The translations under genes and the position numbers were made by a program. A DNA stretch of 64,000 nt, taken from positions 27,407-91,406 of the forward strand of contig JBHIAH010000004.1 in assembly GCA_046758505.1 (NCBI GenBank), written 5' to 3'. Shown in pieces: positions 17,920 to 28,664 of this stretch (positions are counted from its first letter, which is position 1; every line of letters starts with the position of its first letter). The notes below the pieces were generated by a model, which saw only the letters and a list, made by a program, of their open reading frames with translations, ran no database searches and had not been told where the DNA came from. The DNA is from Candidatus Methylomirabilales bacterium (GTDB lineage Bacteria > Methylomirabilota > Methylomirabilia > Methylomirabilales > CSP1-5).

Positions 17920-19710
17920 TCAAGAGGCGACCACCCGATAAACGGGCTGAGCCCGCCCCACGCCTTTGAACTTAGCATCCCCCACATACGCAATCAAGAT
18001 CTTTTTTTGAATTTCGGGATCGAAACAGGTATACCGAGTGCCGCCTTTTCCCTCCTCAACCTCCCAGGAGATGCTGCCCCGGAGCGCCTCCACATACTCG
18101 CCGGTCGCCGCGATTCCCGAATTGTAGAGAACGCCACGCGGGTCAATCCAGACATCCTGATCGGCGTCCGCAGGCTGGGTTGGAGTTTCGGCCTCGACTT
18201 CCCAGGGACGGCTTCCCGAGCCTGTTACACGGCTGGCAATATTGACATGCCGGCCGATCACCGTCACATCCACCGATTTTTCATCCGTGAGAAAGCGGCT
18301 GATTTGCGCGCGACCGGTATGAAGGCTGATCCCCAATCGATAAGACACCTTCCCCTGCTTTTGCAGGTCCTTGACCACTACCTGAATAGCGATCGCAGTT
18401 CGAAGCGCGTTTAACTCGTCCTCAGGGCTGACCCGGGTGGTCCCGAAGGTGATCATCACCCCATCGCCCGTGAATTTGTCGATCTGCCCCTTGAACCGTT
18501 TGACAATACCAGCCACGGGATCGAAGACTGTGTAGAGGGATCGCGTCAGTTCTACCTCCGAAATCCCCCCTTCCGAAACGGCCGTAAAACCCCGAAGGTC
18601 TGCGAAGACGATCGTCACCTTTCGCGCACTCCTGAGGACCTCGCCTGACTCAGAAAACCGAAAGAGCCGCCCCTCGGCAACATACTCCTTGAGCTGCATT
18701 TCAACCAGTCCCGGAGGGATCAGCGCAATGTCGCTGCGAAGCCGATGGATGACTTCAGAACGACGGACCGCCTGGATAAGGTCTACGTAGTCACGGAAAA
18801 GATAATGCCATCCGCCCCGGCGTTCCCGCCCCGCCTTCAGCGCGGGGGAAGCCGTGACGCGTTCCATGGTCTCGTCGTAGTCCGTAAAGAGATAGGTCAC
18901 AATGGTCGGGTGAAACATCATCTTCACGTGCGCGCCCTCCTGATCATATGTGCCGCGATCCACGCTCGGAAGATGGGTTTTCACCACATCGAGTAGGGAG
19001 TGTTCCTGCTTCGTTAAACCATGGCGAATCCGGTCACGCAGAATAGTCCGCAGTTCCCTGTATTCTTCGCCGGTGAGACGGAACCGCCGGTTTTGCGGGA
19101 CGAGGACGCTCTCGAAGCGGATACGGGGCACGTCCACCTCCGTAAGCGGCAATTGATCCTCAACGAGACTCTCGATCAGGCGGTGGTTGAAAGGAATGCC
19201 GAGGTTGTATTCCAGTGTCTCGGGGGCCGTACTGGCAAAATGATGCCAGGTCGATCGATGAAGGAGCCGGTAGAACCCGCGGATCAGGGGGTGCATCTGG
19301 TATTTCAAATGGCTCCGGATCCCCTCCCGATTGAAATACTCTTCTACGGTGGCGGCCACCTCTTTGGAATGGGCCAGCCAGAAAAGATTCAACAACCCCG
19401 ATCGGCGCTCGTTCTCGATAATATTTGTGGTGATCCGCAGCAGCAGCTGGAAATAGGCCCACTCCGCCTGCTGTGACTCCCGTGGTTCCCCCGCATTTTC
19501 CATGAGGGAGCGGGACGTCGCTTCCAGAAAACTCAGAAACGCGGACTGCAGGCCGGGGTGAAGTTGGACGAGAAAGACCGGCTGGTCCCCTGCAGGCTCG
19601 GGACCCGCCGGAAAAGTGGGGGGAGGAACCCCAAAGAGTTCCTGAATTTCTTCGCTTCTACCTTCGATGAAGCGAGACAAGGGAGCATTCCTGTTCCCGG
19701 AACGGGTCAC
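17920..19710 (-). CDS. Soluble class III adenylate/guanylate cyclase with an unrecognised ~360-aa N-terminal region
   Basis: VTIVFADLRGFT, IDKFTGDGVM, ISLHTG, VTVIGRHVNIASR, KFKG; no TM segment. Confidence 0.85.
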   Translation of the reverse strand: MTRSGNRNAPLSRFIEGRSEEIQELFGVPPPTFPAGPEPAGDQPVFLVQLHPGLQSAFLSFLEATSRSLMENAGEPRESQQAEWAYFQLLLRITTNIIENERRSGLLNLFWLAHSKEVAATVEEYFNREGIRSHLKYQMHPLIRGFYRLLHRSTWHHFASTAPETLEYNLGIPFNHRLIESLVEDQLPLTEVDVPRIRFESVLVPQNRRFRLTGEEYRELRTILRDRIRHGLTKQEHSLLDVVKTHLPSVDRGTYDQEGAHVKMMFHPTIVTYLFTDYDETMERVTASPALKAGRERRGGWHYLFRDYVDLIQAVRRSEVIHRLRSDIALIPPGLVEMQLKEYVAEGRLFRFSESGEVLRSARKVTIVFADLRGFTAVSEGGISEVELTRSLYTVFDPVAGIVKRFKGQIDKFTGDGVMITFGTTRVSPEDELNALRTAIAIQVVVKDLQKQGKVSYRLGISLHTGRAQISRFLTDEKSVDVTVIGRHVNIASRVTGSGSRPWEVEAETPTQPADADQDVWIDPRGVLYNSGIAATGEYVEALRGSISWEVEEGKGGTRYTCFDPEIQKKILIAYVGDAKFKGVGRAQPVYRVVAS

Positions 19711-19778
19711 GTGTTACATGCACTAATGGCCGACTGACCGCGTAGGGGCCGAGAGGGAAGTCTCGTGAGGAAAAGGGC

Positions 19779-20060
19779 TTACTTGTCGATGAGCGCCTTT
19801 AGCTCCTTTCCCGGCTTAAAGTAGGGAACCCTCTTGGCCGGGACACTCACCGTGGCGCCGCTCTGCGGGTTCCGCCCCTGGCGAGCACCGCGACGGCGGA
19901 TGCGGAAACTCCCGAAGCCCCGAAGTTCAACCTTGCCGTCCTGGGTCGATGCGAGTGCCGTGGCGATGCCTTCGAAGATCGTATCAATGACAACCTCGGT
20001 CTCCTTTTTTGTCAGATTGACCGTCGCAGCGATCTTCTCCACGAGATCTGCCTTGGTCAT
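19779..20060 (-). CDS. ihfB: Integration host factor subunit beta
   Basis: VELRGFGSF, GRNPQSG, VPYFKPGKEL; position after rpsA-sppA. Confidence 0.85.
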   Translation of the reverse strand: MTKADLVEKIAATVNLTKKETEVVIDTIFEGIATALASTQDGKVELRGFGSFRIRRRGARQGRNPQSGATVSVPAKRVPYFKPGKELKALIDK

Positions 20061-20086
20061 TGCTTTCCTCCTTCACGCACGGGATT

Positions 20087-20989
20087 TCACCACTGCCACA
20101 GATAATCCACGGACAATTGCCCGGTTCCCCTCCCCAGGATCTTGTGCCGCCATGACGTCGCAGCGCCTCCCAGCAAAAACCGGAGCAGGGAAAATTCGCG
20201 TTCCTTCACCTGCACGATTTCCGGTTTCCCCTCAATCCCCCCCATTCTTGCTGCCGCCTCGATGGCATCTTGGAGGTTTCCTAGCTGATCCACCAAACCT
20301 ACCTTCAGGGCCTGGCGCCCGCTCAAAATTCGACCATCCGCCAGCGTCTCGACCTGTTCGCGGGAAAGACCGCGCCCCTCGACCACGGCTTGGATGAACT
20401 GGTCGTGGATGTCATCGATCAATCGTTGCAACAACTGTTGCTCCTGGGGCGAGAGATCTCTGGTGGCCGAGGCCATATCCTTGTATGGCCCGCTTTTGAT
20501 AACCACCGATCGAATCCCCACCTTTTGCAGCAAATCCGAGACGTTGGGGAACTGCATGATCACCCCTATGCTGCCAGTGATGCTTCCGGGATTGGCCAGG
20601 ATCCGGTCGGCAGCCGCAGCGATATAGTAGCCGCCCGACGCTCCCACTGTAGAGAGGGAGGCTACCACCGGCTTGTCGTGAACCCGGCGGATCTTCTTGA
20701 TTTCCTCATAGATCTCTTGAGAAGGCGCTACTCCCCCTCCCGGACTGTTGATGCGGATCACGAAAGCCTGGACCGTCCGATTTTCGACGTGATGCCTGAT
20801 CTGCTCGATGACCCCTTCGGACTCCGTAATGATCCCGTCCACCTCGAGCAGGGCCACCTTCGGACCCCCGAACTGTTCCCGGTTCCCTAGCAGGAAGGCC
20901 ACGCCGAAGATCAAGAGGAAAAAGAACAGTCCGATGGCGCCTATGACAATCACGGCGCGCCAGAAAGAGCGTCTCCGTCCCGCACGCAT
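20087..20989 (-). CDS. sppA: Signal peptide peptidase SppA (36K type)
   Basis: RINSPGG, ASGGYYIA, GSIGV, KSGPYKD. Confidence 0.95.
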   Translation of the reverse strand: MRAGRRRSFWRAVIVIGAIGLFFFLLIFGVAFLLGNREQFGGPKVALLEVDGIITESEGVIEQIRHHVENRTVQAFVIRINSPGGGVAPSQEIYEEIKKIRRVHDKPVVASLSTVGASGGYYIAAAADRILANPGSITGSIGVIMQFPNVSDLLQKVGIRSVVIKSGPYKDMASATRDLSPQEQQLLQRLIDDIHDQFIQAVVEGRGLSREQVETLADGRILSGRQALKVGLVDQLGNLQDAIEAAARMGGIEGKPEIVQVKEREFSLLRFLLGGAATSWRHKILGRGTGQLSVDYLWQW

Positions 20990-20992
20990 GGG

Positions 20993-22669
<1,677 letters not shown>

Positions 22670-22699
22670 ACCTGGGTGTACCTCCCGGTAAAGGATTCC

Positions 22700-23422
22700 T
22701 TACACATCAGCATCGTACGATCCCGGAGAATGAGCCCGGGCCCTCAATTCGGCGATCCCTTTCATGACTCGTTCACTCAGGCACCGGTAGCCCCATCGGC
22801 TCGCCTCGCGTGTGGTCTCGGGTGCCAATCGCAACGCAGAACCGAAATACACCGCCACGGGACGGACCCGAGGAATTCGCTTTCCTCGGGGCAGGACATT
22901 ATCGGTGCCTTGAACGTACACGGGGACCACCGCACAGCCGGACCGGGCTGCCAGAAACCCGATCCCCTCCTCTGCCGCCTGCAGGGCCATTCCGTCTCCA
23001 CGGGTCCCTTCCGGAAACATGAGAAGGCTCTCCCCCTCCCCGAGAAGGCGTAGACATTGCCGGATCGCCGCGTGGTCCACCTGACCTCTCCGAACAGGAA
23101 AGGCATGGAGGTCTCGAATGAGCGCACCAAAGAATGGGGACCGAAAGAGCTCCTCTTTCGCCATAAAGTGAAGCTGCCGTTCCGCGAGGGCCGCGCCGAT
23201 AAACAGGGGATCGACGTAACTCACGTGATTGGCGGCCAGGATCACGCCCTCTGAGTTTGGAACCTCCTCTTTCCCCACCACTCGGAAGCGAAACACCGGC
23301 ATGATAATGGGGAGGAATATTTGGAGGGCCCGATACCACACGTGAAGCAGCCTCCCGCCACCCCTGAAAGTCACGTATTTTACCGCGCTTGCAACGCCCA
23401 TGCAAGGAAAAAATCGTGTCAC
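22700..23422 (-). CDS. plsC: 1-acyl-sn-glycerol-3-phosphate acyltransferase (true start probably about 23340)
   Basis: NHVSYVD, FMAKEEL, FPEGTR. Confidence 0.9.
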   Translation of the reverse strand: MTRFFPCMGVASAVKYVTFRGGGRLLHVWYRALQIFLPIIMPVFRFRVVGKEEVPNSEGVILAANHVSYVDPLFIGAALAERQLHFMAKEELFRSPFFGALIRDLHAFPVRRGQVDHAAIRQCLRLLGEGESLLMFPEGTRGDGMALQAAEEGIGFLAARSGCAVVPVYVQGTDNVLPRGKRIPRVRPVAVYFGSALRLAPETTREASRWGYRCLSERVMKGIAELRARAHSPGSYDADV

Positions 23423-24099
23423 TTCTCGACCGTCCGCCGGATATGCTCCTCCATCGCCCCCACCACCTCTTCCGGGCTCAAAAAGGTCGTGTCGATGGGG
23501 ATGGCGTCGGGGGCCGGCTTCAGTGGTGAGGCCACCCGCTCCATGTCCCGACGATCTCGGCGGGCAACCTCCTCGAGCGTCCCCTCAAGGTTTCCCTGGG
23601 CGTGGGGGGACTCCTGGAAGCGGCGACGTCCCCGCTCATCCAGGGAGGCGGTGAAGTAAAATTTCACCGCCGCGTGCGGAAAGACCACCGTTCCGATATC
23701 GCGGCCATCCATCACCACCCCGCCCTGTGCCCCCAGCGCTCGTTGCCTTTTCACCAGCTCTTCCCGGATGCTCGCATGAACCGAGACGAGTGAGGCGGCT
23801 GCCTGGATGTTCGGGGACTGGAGCGCCTCGGTGATGTCTTCTCCATCGACCACCACCCGAAACCCCTCGGCTGTCGGCCGAAACTCGAGCCTGGTTTGCG
23901 TGAGCAGCCCTTTCAGGCGAAGGGGGTCCGAGAGATCAACCCCCTGCTCGATCGCCTTCCAGGCCAGTGCCCGGTACATGGCCCCACTCTCGATGTGACA
24001 ATACCCGAGCCGCTGGGCCAACAAGCGAGCCGCCGTGGTCTTCCCGGCGCCCACTGGGCCGTCGATGGTAATGATGAGATCCCCCCGGAGACGCCTCAT
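23419..24099 (-). CDS. cmk: Cytidylate kinase
   Basis: ITIDGPVGAGKTT, GAMYRA, DGRDIGTVVFP; ATGA overlap with aroA. Confidence 0.95.
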   Translation of the reverse strand: MRRLRGDLIITIDGPVGAGKTTAARLLAQRLGYCHIESGAMYRALAWKAIEQGVDLSDPLRLKGLLTQTRLEFRPTAEGFRVVVDGEDITEALQSPNIQAAASLVSVHASIREELVKRQRALGAQGGVVMDGRDIGTVVFPHAAVKFYFTASLDERGRRRFQESPHAQGNLEGTLEEVARRDRRDMERVASPLKPAPDAIPIDTTFLSPEEVVGAMEEHIRRTVEK

Positions 24100-25412
24100 G
24101 GCTTTCTTTCTATGGACTTGGGAAGAAAGCGCTGCAGCGTTTCCACAAAGCCGGGGAAGGAGGTGGAGATGCACCCTGTGTCCAAAACCGTGGTCTCTCC
24201 CTCGGCCCTGAGACCCGCCACGGTCAGGGCCATGGCCATTCGATGGTCTCCGTGGCTCTCGCAACGGGCTCCGCGAAGGCCCTGCCCCCCATGGATAATA
24301 AGCCCATCCTCGAGCTCTTCGGTCTGCACGCCCATGCGGTTCAGCTCTATGGCAAGGGATCGGATCCGATCCGACTCCTTGACCCGCAGTTCGGCGGCAC
24401 CCCGGATCACGGTCTTCCCCTCCGCACACGCGGCGGCCATTCCCAAGACCGGGATCTCATCGATCAAGCGCGGGATCAGATCCCCCCCGATACGCACCCC
24501 CCTGAGGGGTCCCGAGCGAACGTGGAGATTGGCCCTCGGCTCTCCGGCGCTCTCGCCGTGGGGAAGGACCTGTACCGCCCCCCCCATCGCCCGGAGAACC
24601 TCCACGAGTCCTGTCCGAGTCGGGTTGAATCCTACCCCCTCGAGGGTGAGATCGGAATCGGGAAGGATGAGGCCCGCCACGAGGAAGAAGGCAGCCGACG
24701 AGAAGTCTCCCGGAACGGAGATGGGGGCGGCCTTGAGGGTTCCGCAGGGGTTGATGGACACCTCCCGCTCTCCCCGCTCCACCGGCTGGCCCCAGGCCTC
24801 GAGCATGCGCTCGGTATGATCCCGCGAGGTGACCGGTTCGACGATGGTCGTCCGACCCTCGGCAAAGAGGCCGGCCAGGAGGATGGCGGACTTTACCTGT
24901 GCCGAGGCGATCGGAGTCCGATATGTAATCCCTCGAAGAACCCTGCCGCGCAGCACCAGGGGGGGGAGTGTATTCTGGGCCCGACCCCAGATCTCCCCCC
25001 CCATCTGTCTCAGAGGCACGATGACTCGATCCATGGGTCGACGCCTGAGGGAAGCATCTCCCGTCAGGACGGACAGGAAGGGTTGCCCTGCCAGGACACC
25101 CGAAAGGAGACGGAGCGTCGTCCCCGAATTCCCGCAGTCCAGAACGTCACCCGCCTCCCGGAGGCCGCGAAGCCCCTTCCCGTAAATCCGAAGGGGCTCC
25201 CCTTCTCCCCCTTTGACCTCCACCCCCAGGGCGCGGACAGCTTCGAGGGTTCGCGTGCAATCCCCCGACATGAGACACCCTGAGATTTCCGTACATCCAT
25301 CCGCTAGGGCGCCAAGGATAATCGCCCGGTGGGAGATGGACTTGTCTCCCGGGACCGAGAGCCTCCCCTGTAGTCCCCGCGCACCTCCCCGAATCCTAAG
25401 CTGTTGCTCCAT
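24096..25412 (-). CDS. aroA: EPSP synthase
   Basis: PGDKSISHR, GNSGTT, ASAQVKS, RDHTERM, ELRVKESDR, DHRMAM. Confidence 0.97.
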   Translation of the reverse strand: MEQQLRIRGGARGLQGRLSVPGDKSISHRAIILGALADGCTEISGCLMSGDCTRTLEAVRALGVEVKGGEGEPLRIYGKGLRGLREAGDVLDCGNSGTTLRLLSGVLAGQPFLSVLTGDASLRRRPMDRVIVPLRQMGGEIWGRAQNTLPPLVLRGRVLRGITYRTPIASAQVKSAILLAGLFAEGRTTIVEPVTSRDHTERMLEAWGQPVERGEREVSINPCGTLKAAPISVPGDFSSAAFFLVAGLILPDSDLTLEGVGFNPTRTGLVEVLRAMGGAVQVLPHGESAGEPRANLHVRSGPLRGVRIGGDLIPRLIDEIPVLGMAAACAEGKTVIRGAAELRVKESDRIRSLAIELNRMGVQTEELEDGLIIHGGQGLRGARCESHGDHRMAMALTVAGLRAEGETTVLDTGCISTSFPGFVETLQRFLPKSIERKP

Positions 25413-26406
25413 AGGTTTGCCGGTTGCGGATACTCGCGATCAACGCCTCTGTGATCCGTCCGGAGTCGGCGTCCGGCAGGTCGAACCAGGTGACCCCCTG
25501 CTCGCGGCGAAACCACGTCATTTGACGCTTCGCATAATGCCGCGTTCCCTGTTTCGTCCGCCACACCGCCTCCTCCAGAGTCCCCTGCCCTAACAGAAAG
25601 GCAACTATGTGGCGATAGTTGTGGCTGCGGAGAGGCTTGATGTTTGCGGCATAGCCGGCTTCGAGCAGCTCCCGGACTTCCTCCACAAGGCCGCACTCGA
25701 CCATCCGGTCCACCCGGTCGTCAATCCGGCGGTAGAGCGCGGCCCGCTCCCGCCGCAGCCCCAAGAAGAGGACGGAGGGGAGAACCAGACCCTCCCGGTG
25801 GGCCGCCTGCAGCTCCGAGACCCGGCGGCCGGTGACCTCGATGATTTCGAGGGCTCGAATAAGGCGGAATGCATCCCGGGGATGAATTCTGGCTGCGGTC
25901 GACGGATCGAGGTGCGTCAGTCGGGCATGCAGCACCTCCGGGCCGTCCCCGGCCACCTGTTGTCCCAGGCGGTGTCTGATGCTTGGGACTTCCCGCGGGC
26001 CAGAAAAAATTTCACCCCGCAGGGCCCGGAGGTACAGACCCGAGCCTCCCACCACGAGAGGCAGGCGGCCGCGGGAACGAATCTGTTGCAGGGCCCGACC
26101 GGCCAATCGGGCGTAATCGGCAGCCGTGAAGGGATCCACCGGATCCACCACATCGATGAGATGGTGAGGAACCCCTTGCTGTTCAATATGAGACGGTTTG
26201 GCGGTGCCGATGTTCAGATGCCGATAGACTTGCATAGAGTCGAGAGCCACAATCTCTCCTCCCAGTGCCTTGGCCAATTCCACAGCGACGGCGCTCTTCC
26301 CGACCGCGGTCGGACCGACCAAGGCGACAAAAGCGGGAGGGGATTCGAAAGGGGGTGCTGGAACAGGGGTTGCCTGGGAAGACGGAGCGTCCACCTGAAG
26401 CATCAT
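25396..26406 (-). CDS. miaA: tRNA dimethylallyltransferase
   Basis: GPTAVGKS, DSMQVY, IGTAKP, VGGSGLY, YAKRQMTWF. Confidence 0.95.
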   Translation of the reverse strand: MMLQVDAPSSQATPVPAPPFESPPAFVALVGPTAVGKSAVAVELAKALGGEIVALDSMQVYRHLNIGTAKPSHIEQQGVPHHLIDVVDPVDPFTAADYARLAGRALQQIRSRGRLPLVVGGSGLYLRALRGEIFSGPREVPSIRHRLGQQVAGDGPEVLHARLTHLDPSTAARIHPRDAFRLIRALEIIEVTGRRVSELQAAHREGLVLPSVLFLGLRRERAALYRRIDDRVDRMVECGLVEEVRELLEAGYAANIKPLRSHNYRHIVAFLLGQGTLEEAVWRTKQGTRHYAKRQMTWFRREQGVTWFDLPDADSGRITEALIASIRNRQTYGATA

Positions 26407-26852
26407 CTGGCAGCTCGATGCAGCGCTTGTGACTCCTCGATCTCGAAGGGCAGGAGAAACGTGTACCCCCACAGACCAATCGGCTGTTGCCACCTGATCC
26501 TGGCTACGACCTCCCCCGGAACCACCTTCAACACCACCTCGTGCTCCAGAACGGGGAGTTCGAGCTCTCGGACGCGCGCCATAATCCGCTCCATTCCCTC
26601 GTCCAAGCGTCGGGGCGCCATGGCGGTGTCGCGAACCACGAGGCGAACATCATTCCTGAGTGACCAGTAATTCACGTACGCGGAGACCGCCTGAATGCCT
26701 GCGTACACGAGAACCGCAAGGAGGAACAGGAGGAGCAGGCTCCCGATCCTGACTCTCCCCTTCCTCCCAACCGTCGCGAGATGCGTGAGGTCGGCGGGGG
26801 GCCACCCCCCGTATTCCCCGACGGTCCCAGAAGGCCGAACGACTTCACCCAT
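26403..26852 (-). CDS. Hypothetical pilin-like membrane protein (DUF4845-like)
   Basis: Basic RKG motif followed by a hydrophobic helix; stop overlaps the miaA start. Confidence 0.6.
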   Translation of the reverse strand: MGEVVRPSGTVGEYGGWPPADLTHLATVGRKGRVRIGSLLLLFLLAVLVYAGIQAVSAYVNYWSLRNDVRLVVRDTAMAPRRLDEGMERIMARVRELELPVLEHEVVLKVVPGEVVARIRWQQPIGLWGYTFLLPFEIEESQALHRAAR

Positions 26853-26973
26853 AGGGGAAAATCCGTGTCAAGCCGGTATCGTAACCGCCTGCGAAACGCC
26901 GCACGAAACAAAAATACCTCCGGACCTCCGGAGGCATCCTCGCGGATAGGGAAAATGCTCGAGGGCTGGAGGA

Positions 26974-27975
26974 CTACCGAGGTCCCCCTTTGATCCAGCT
27001 CATCATGGACCGCAGTTCTTTCCCTACAACCTCGATGGGATGCTCGGCGTCCTTTTTCCGAAGCGCCAGAAAGCTCGGGCGACCTGCCTGATTTTCCAGG
27101 ATCCATTCCCCGGCGAAGCTTCCATCCTGAATCTCTTGCAGGATCTTTTTCATCTCCGCCCGGACCGACTCGCTAATCACGCGGGGCCCCCGGCTGTAAT
27201 CCCCGTACTCAGCGGTATCACTCACGGAATACCGCATATAGGCGAGACCGCCCTGGTAGAAGAGATCCACGATCAACTTGAGCTCGTGGAGACATTCGAA
27301 GTAGGCGAGTTCCGGCTGGTATCCCGCCTCCACCAGGGTTTCATACGCGGCCTTGATCAAGGCCGAAACCCCGCCGCACAGAACCGTCTGTTCCCCGAAC
27401 AGGTCGGTCTCGGTCTCTTCCCTGAAGCTGGTCTCGAGGACCCCGGCCCGGGTGCATCCGATACCCTTGGCATAGGCCAAGGCCACTTCCTTCGCCTTGC
27501 CCGACGTGTTTTGATGGATAGCCAGAAGGGCTGGGACCCCGGAGCCCTCCGAATACACCTGACGCATCATGTGACCCGGCGCCTTGGGGGCCACCATGGA
27601 GACATCGACATCCTGTGGGGGCATGACTTGATGAAAATGGATGTTAAAACCGTGGGCGAACATGAGGGTCTTGCCGGGGGTGAGGCCCTGTTGGATTGAA
27701 TCGAGATAGACCTGTCGCTGGTGTTGATCGGGGATGAGCATCATGACGATCTGCGCCGTTGCGGCCGCCTCGTCCACCGTCATCACCTTCAGCCCATCCG
27801 CTCTTGCTTTCTCCCAAGATTTCGATCCTTGATAGAGCCCCACCACGACGGTGAAGCCGGCATCCTTCAGGTTCAGGGCATGCGCGTGTCCCTGACTCCC
27901 GTACCCGATGACGGCAATGGTCTTACCTTTCAAGAGGGACAGATCCGCATCCTTATCGTAATAGAGCTTGGCCAT
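26974..27975 (-). CDS. ilvC: Ketol-acid reductoisomerase
   Basis: [39 protein letters not shown]. Confidence 0.97.
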   Translation of the reverse strand: MAKLYYDKDADLSLLKGKTIAVIGYGSQGHAHALNLKDAGFTVVVGLYQGSKSWEKARADGLKVMTVDEAAATAQIVMMLIPDQHQRQVYLDSIQQGLTPGKTLMFAHGFNIHFHQVMPPQDVDVSMVAPKAPGHMMRQVYSEGSGVPALLAIHQNTSGKAKEVALAYAKGIGCTRAGVLETSFREETETDLFGEQTVLCGGVSALIKAAYETLVEAGYQPELAYFECLHELKLIVDLFYQGGLAYMRYSVSDTAEYGDYSRGPRVISESVRAEMKKILQEIQDGSFAGEWILENQAGRPSFLALRKKDAEHPIEVVGKELRSMMSWIKGGPR

Positions 27976-27995
27976 CTATGTTCCCCCGCTTTCCT

Positions 27996-28592
27996 CTACT
28001 TGACCTCGGCAACGGCTTGCGCCTTCTTTCCGCTTTTCTCGTTGTTGCCCGCCGCCCGCTCCACTCTTTTGGGCATCGCCTTGCTTGCCCGCGCGATGGC
28101 GATCCGCCCGGTCCGGACAAACTCCTGAATCCCAAAGGGACGCAGAAGTTCCAAGAGGGCCTGAATCTTGTGTTCGTCGCCACTCGCCTCCAGGGTATAG
28201 TTGCGGTGGGTGACATCCACGACCTTGGCCCGGAAGATATCCGCGATCCGCAGGATCTCAGCCCGGTTGGGGGCCTCGGCGTTCACCCGGACCAGGATCA
28301 TTTCTCGCTCGACGAAGTCCTCCTCGGTGAGATCGACCACCTTGGCCACATCGATCAGCCGATTGAGTTGCTTGACCACCTGCTCCATGACCCAGTCATC
28401 CCCGTGGACCACGAGGGTAATCCGGGATAACGAATTGTCCATCGTCTCCCCGACGGAGACGCTGTTGATGTTATAGCCCTTGGCCGCGATCAGTCCGGCA
28501 ATCCTGGCGAGCACACCGATTCGGTTCTCTACCAAGAGTGTCAGGATGTGCCGCTGCGAGGGGGTATGTCCTTTCATTCTCGCCTCATCCAT
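27996..28592 (-). CDS. ilvN: Acetolactate synthase small (regulatory) subunit
   Basis: ACT domain LVEN..GVLARI..GYNI.S, EQVVKQLNRL, EFVRTG. Confidence 0.93.
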   Translation of the reverse strand: MDEARMKGHTPSQRHILTLLVENRIGVLARIAGLIAAKGYNINSVSVGETMDNSLSRITLVVHGDDWVMEQVVKQLNRLIDVAKVVDLTEEDFVEREMILVRVNAEAPNRAEILRIADIFRAKVVDVTHRNYTLEASGDEHKIQALLELLRPFGIQEFVRTGRIAIARASKAMPKRVERAAGNNEKSGKKAQAVAEVK

Positions 28593-28664
28593 GCACCCCG
28601 CTGTCTCCTGAAAGCCCGCGGCTCACCGGACCAGGAGAGCAGCAGGGGGCGAAGGAATTATCCG

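Noticed and set aside
17920-19710. Calling the cyclase a Pycsar defence system
   Set aside because: Specificity residues look adenylyl-type, there is no adjacent CNBD-TM or TIR effector, and the context is housekeeping.
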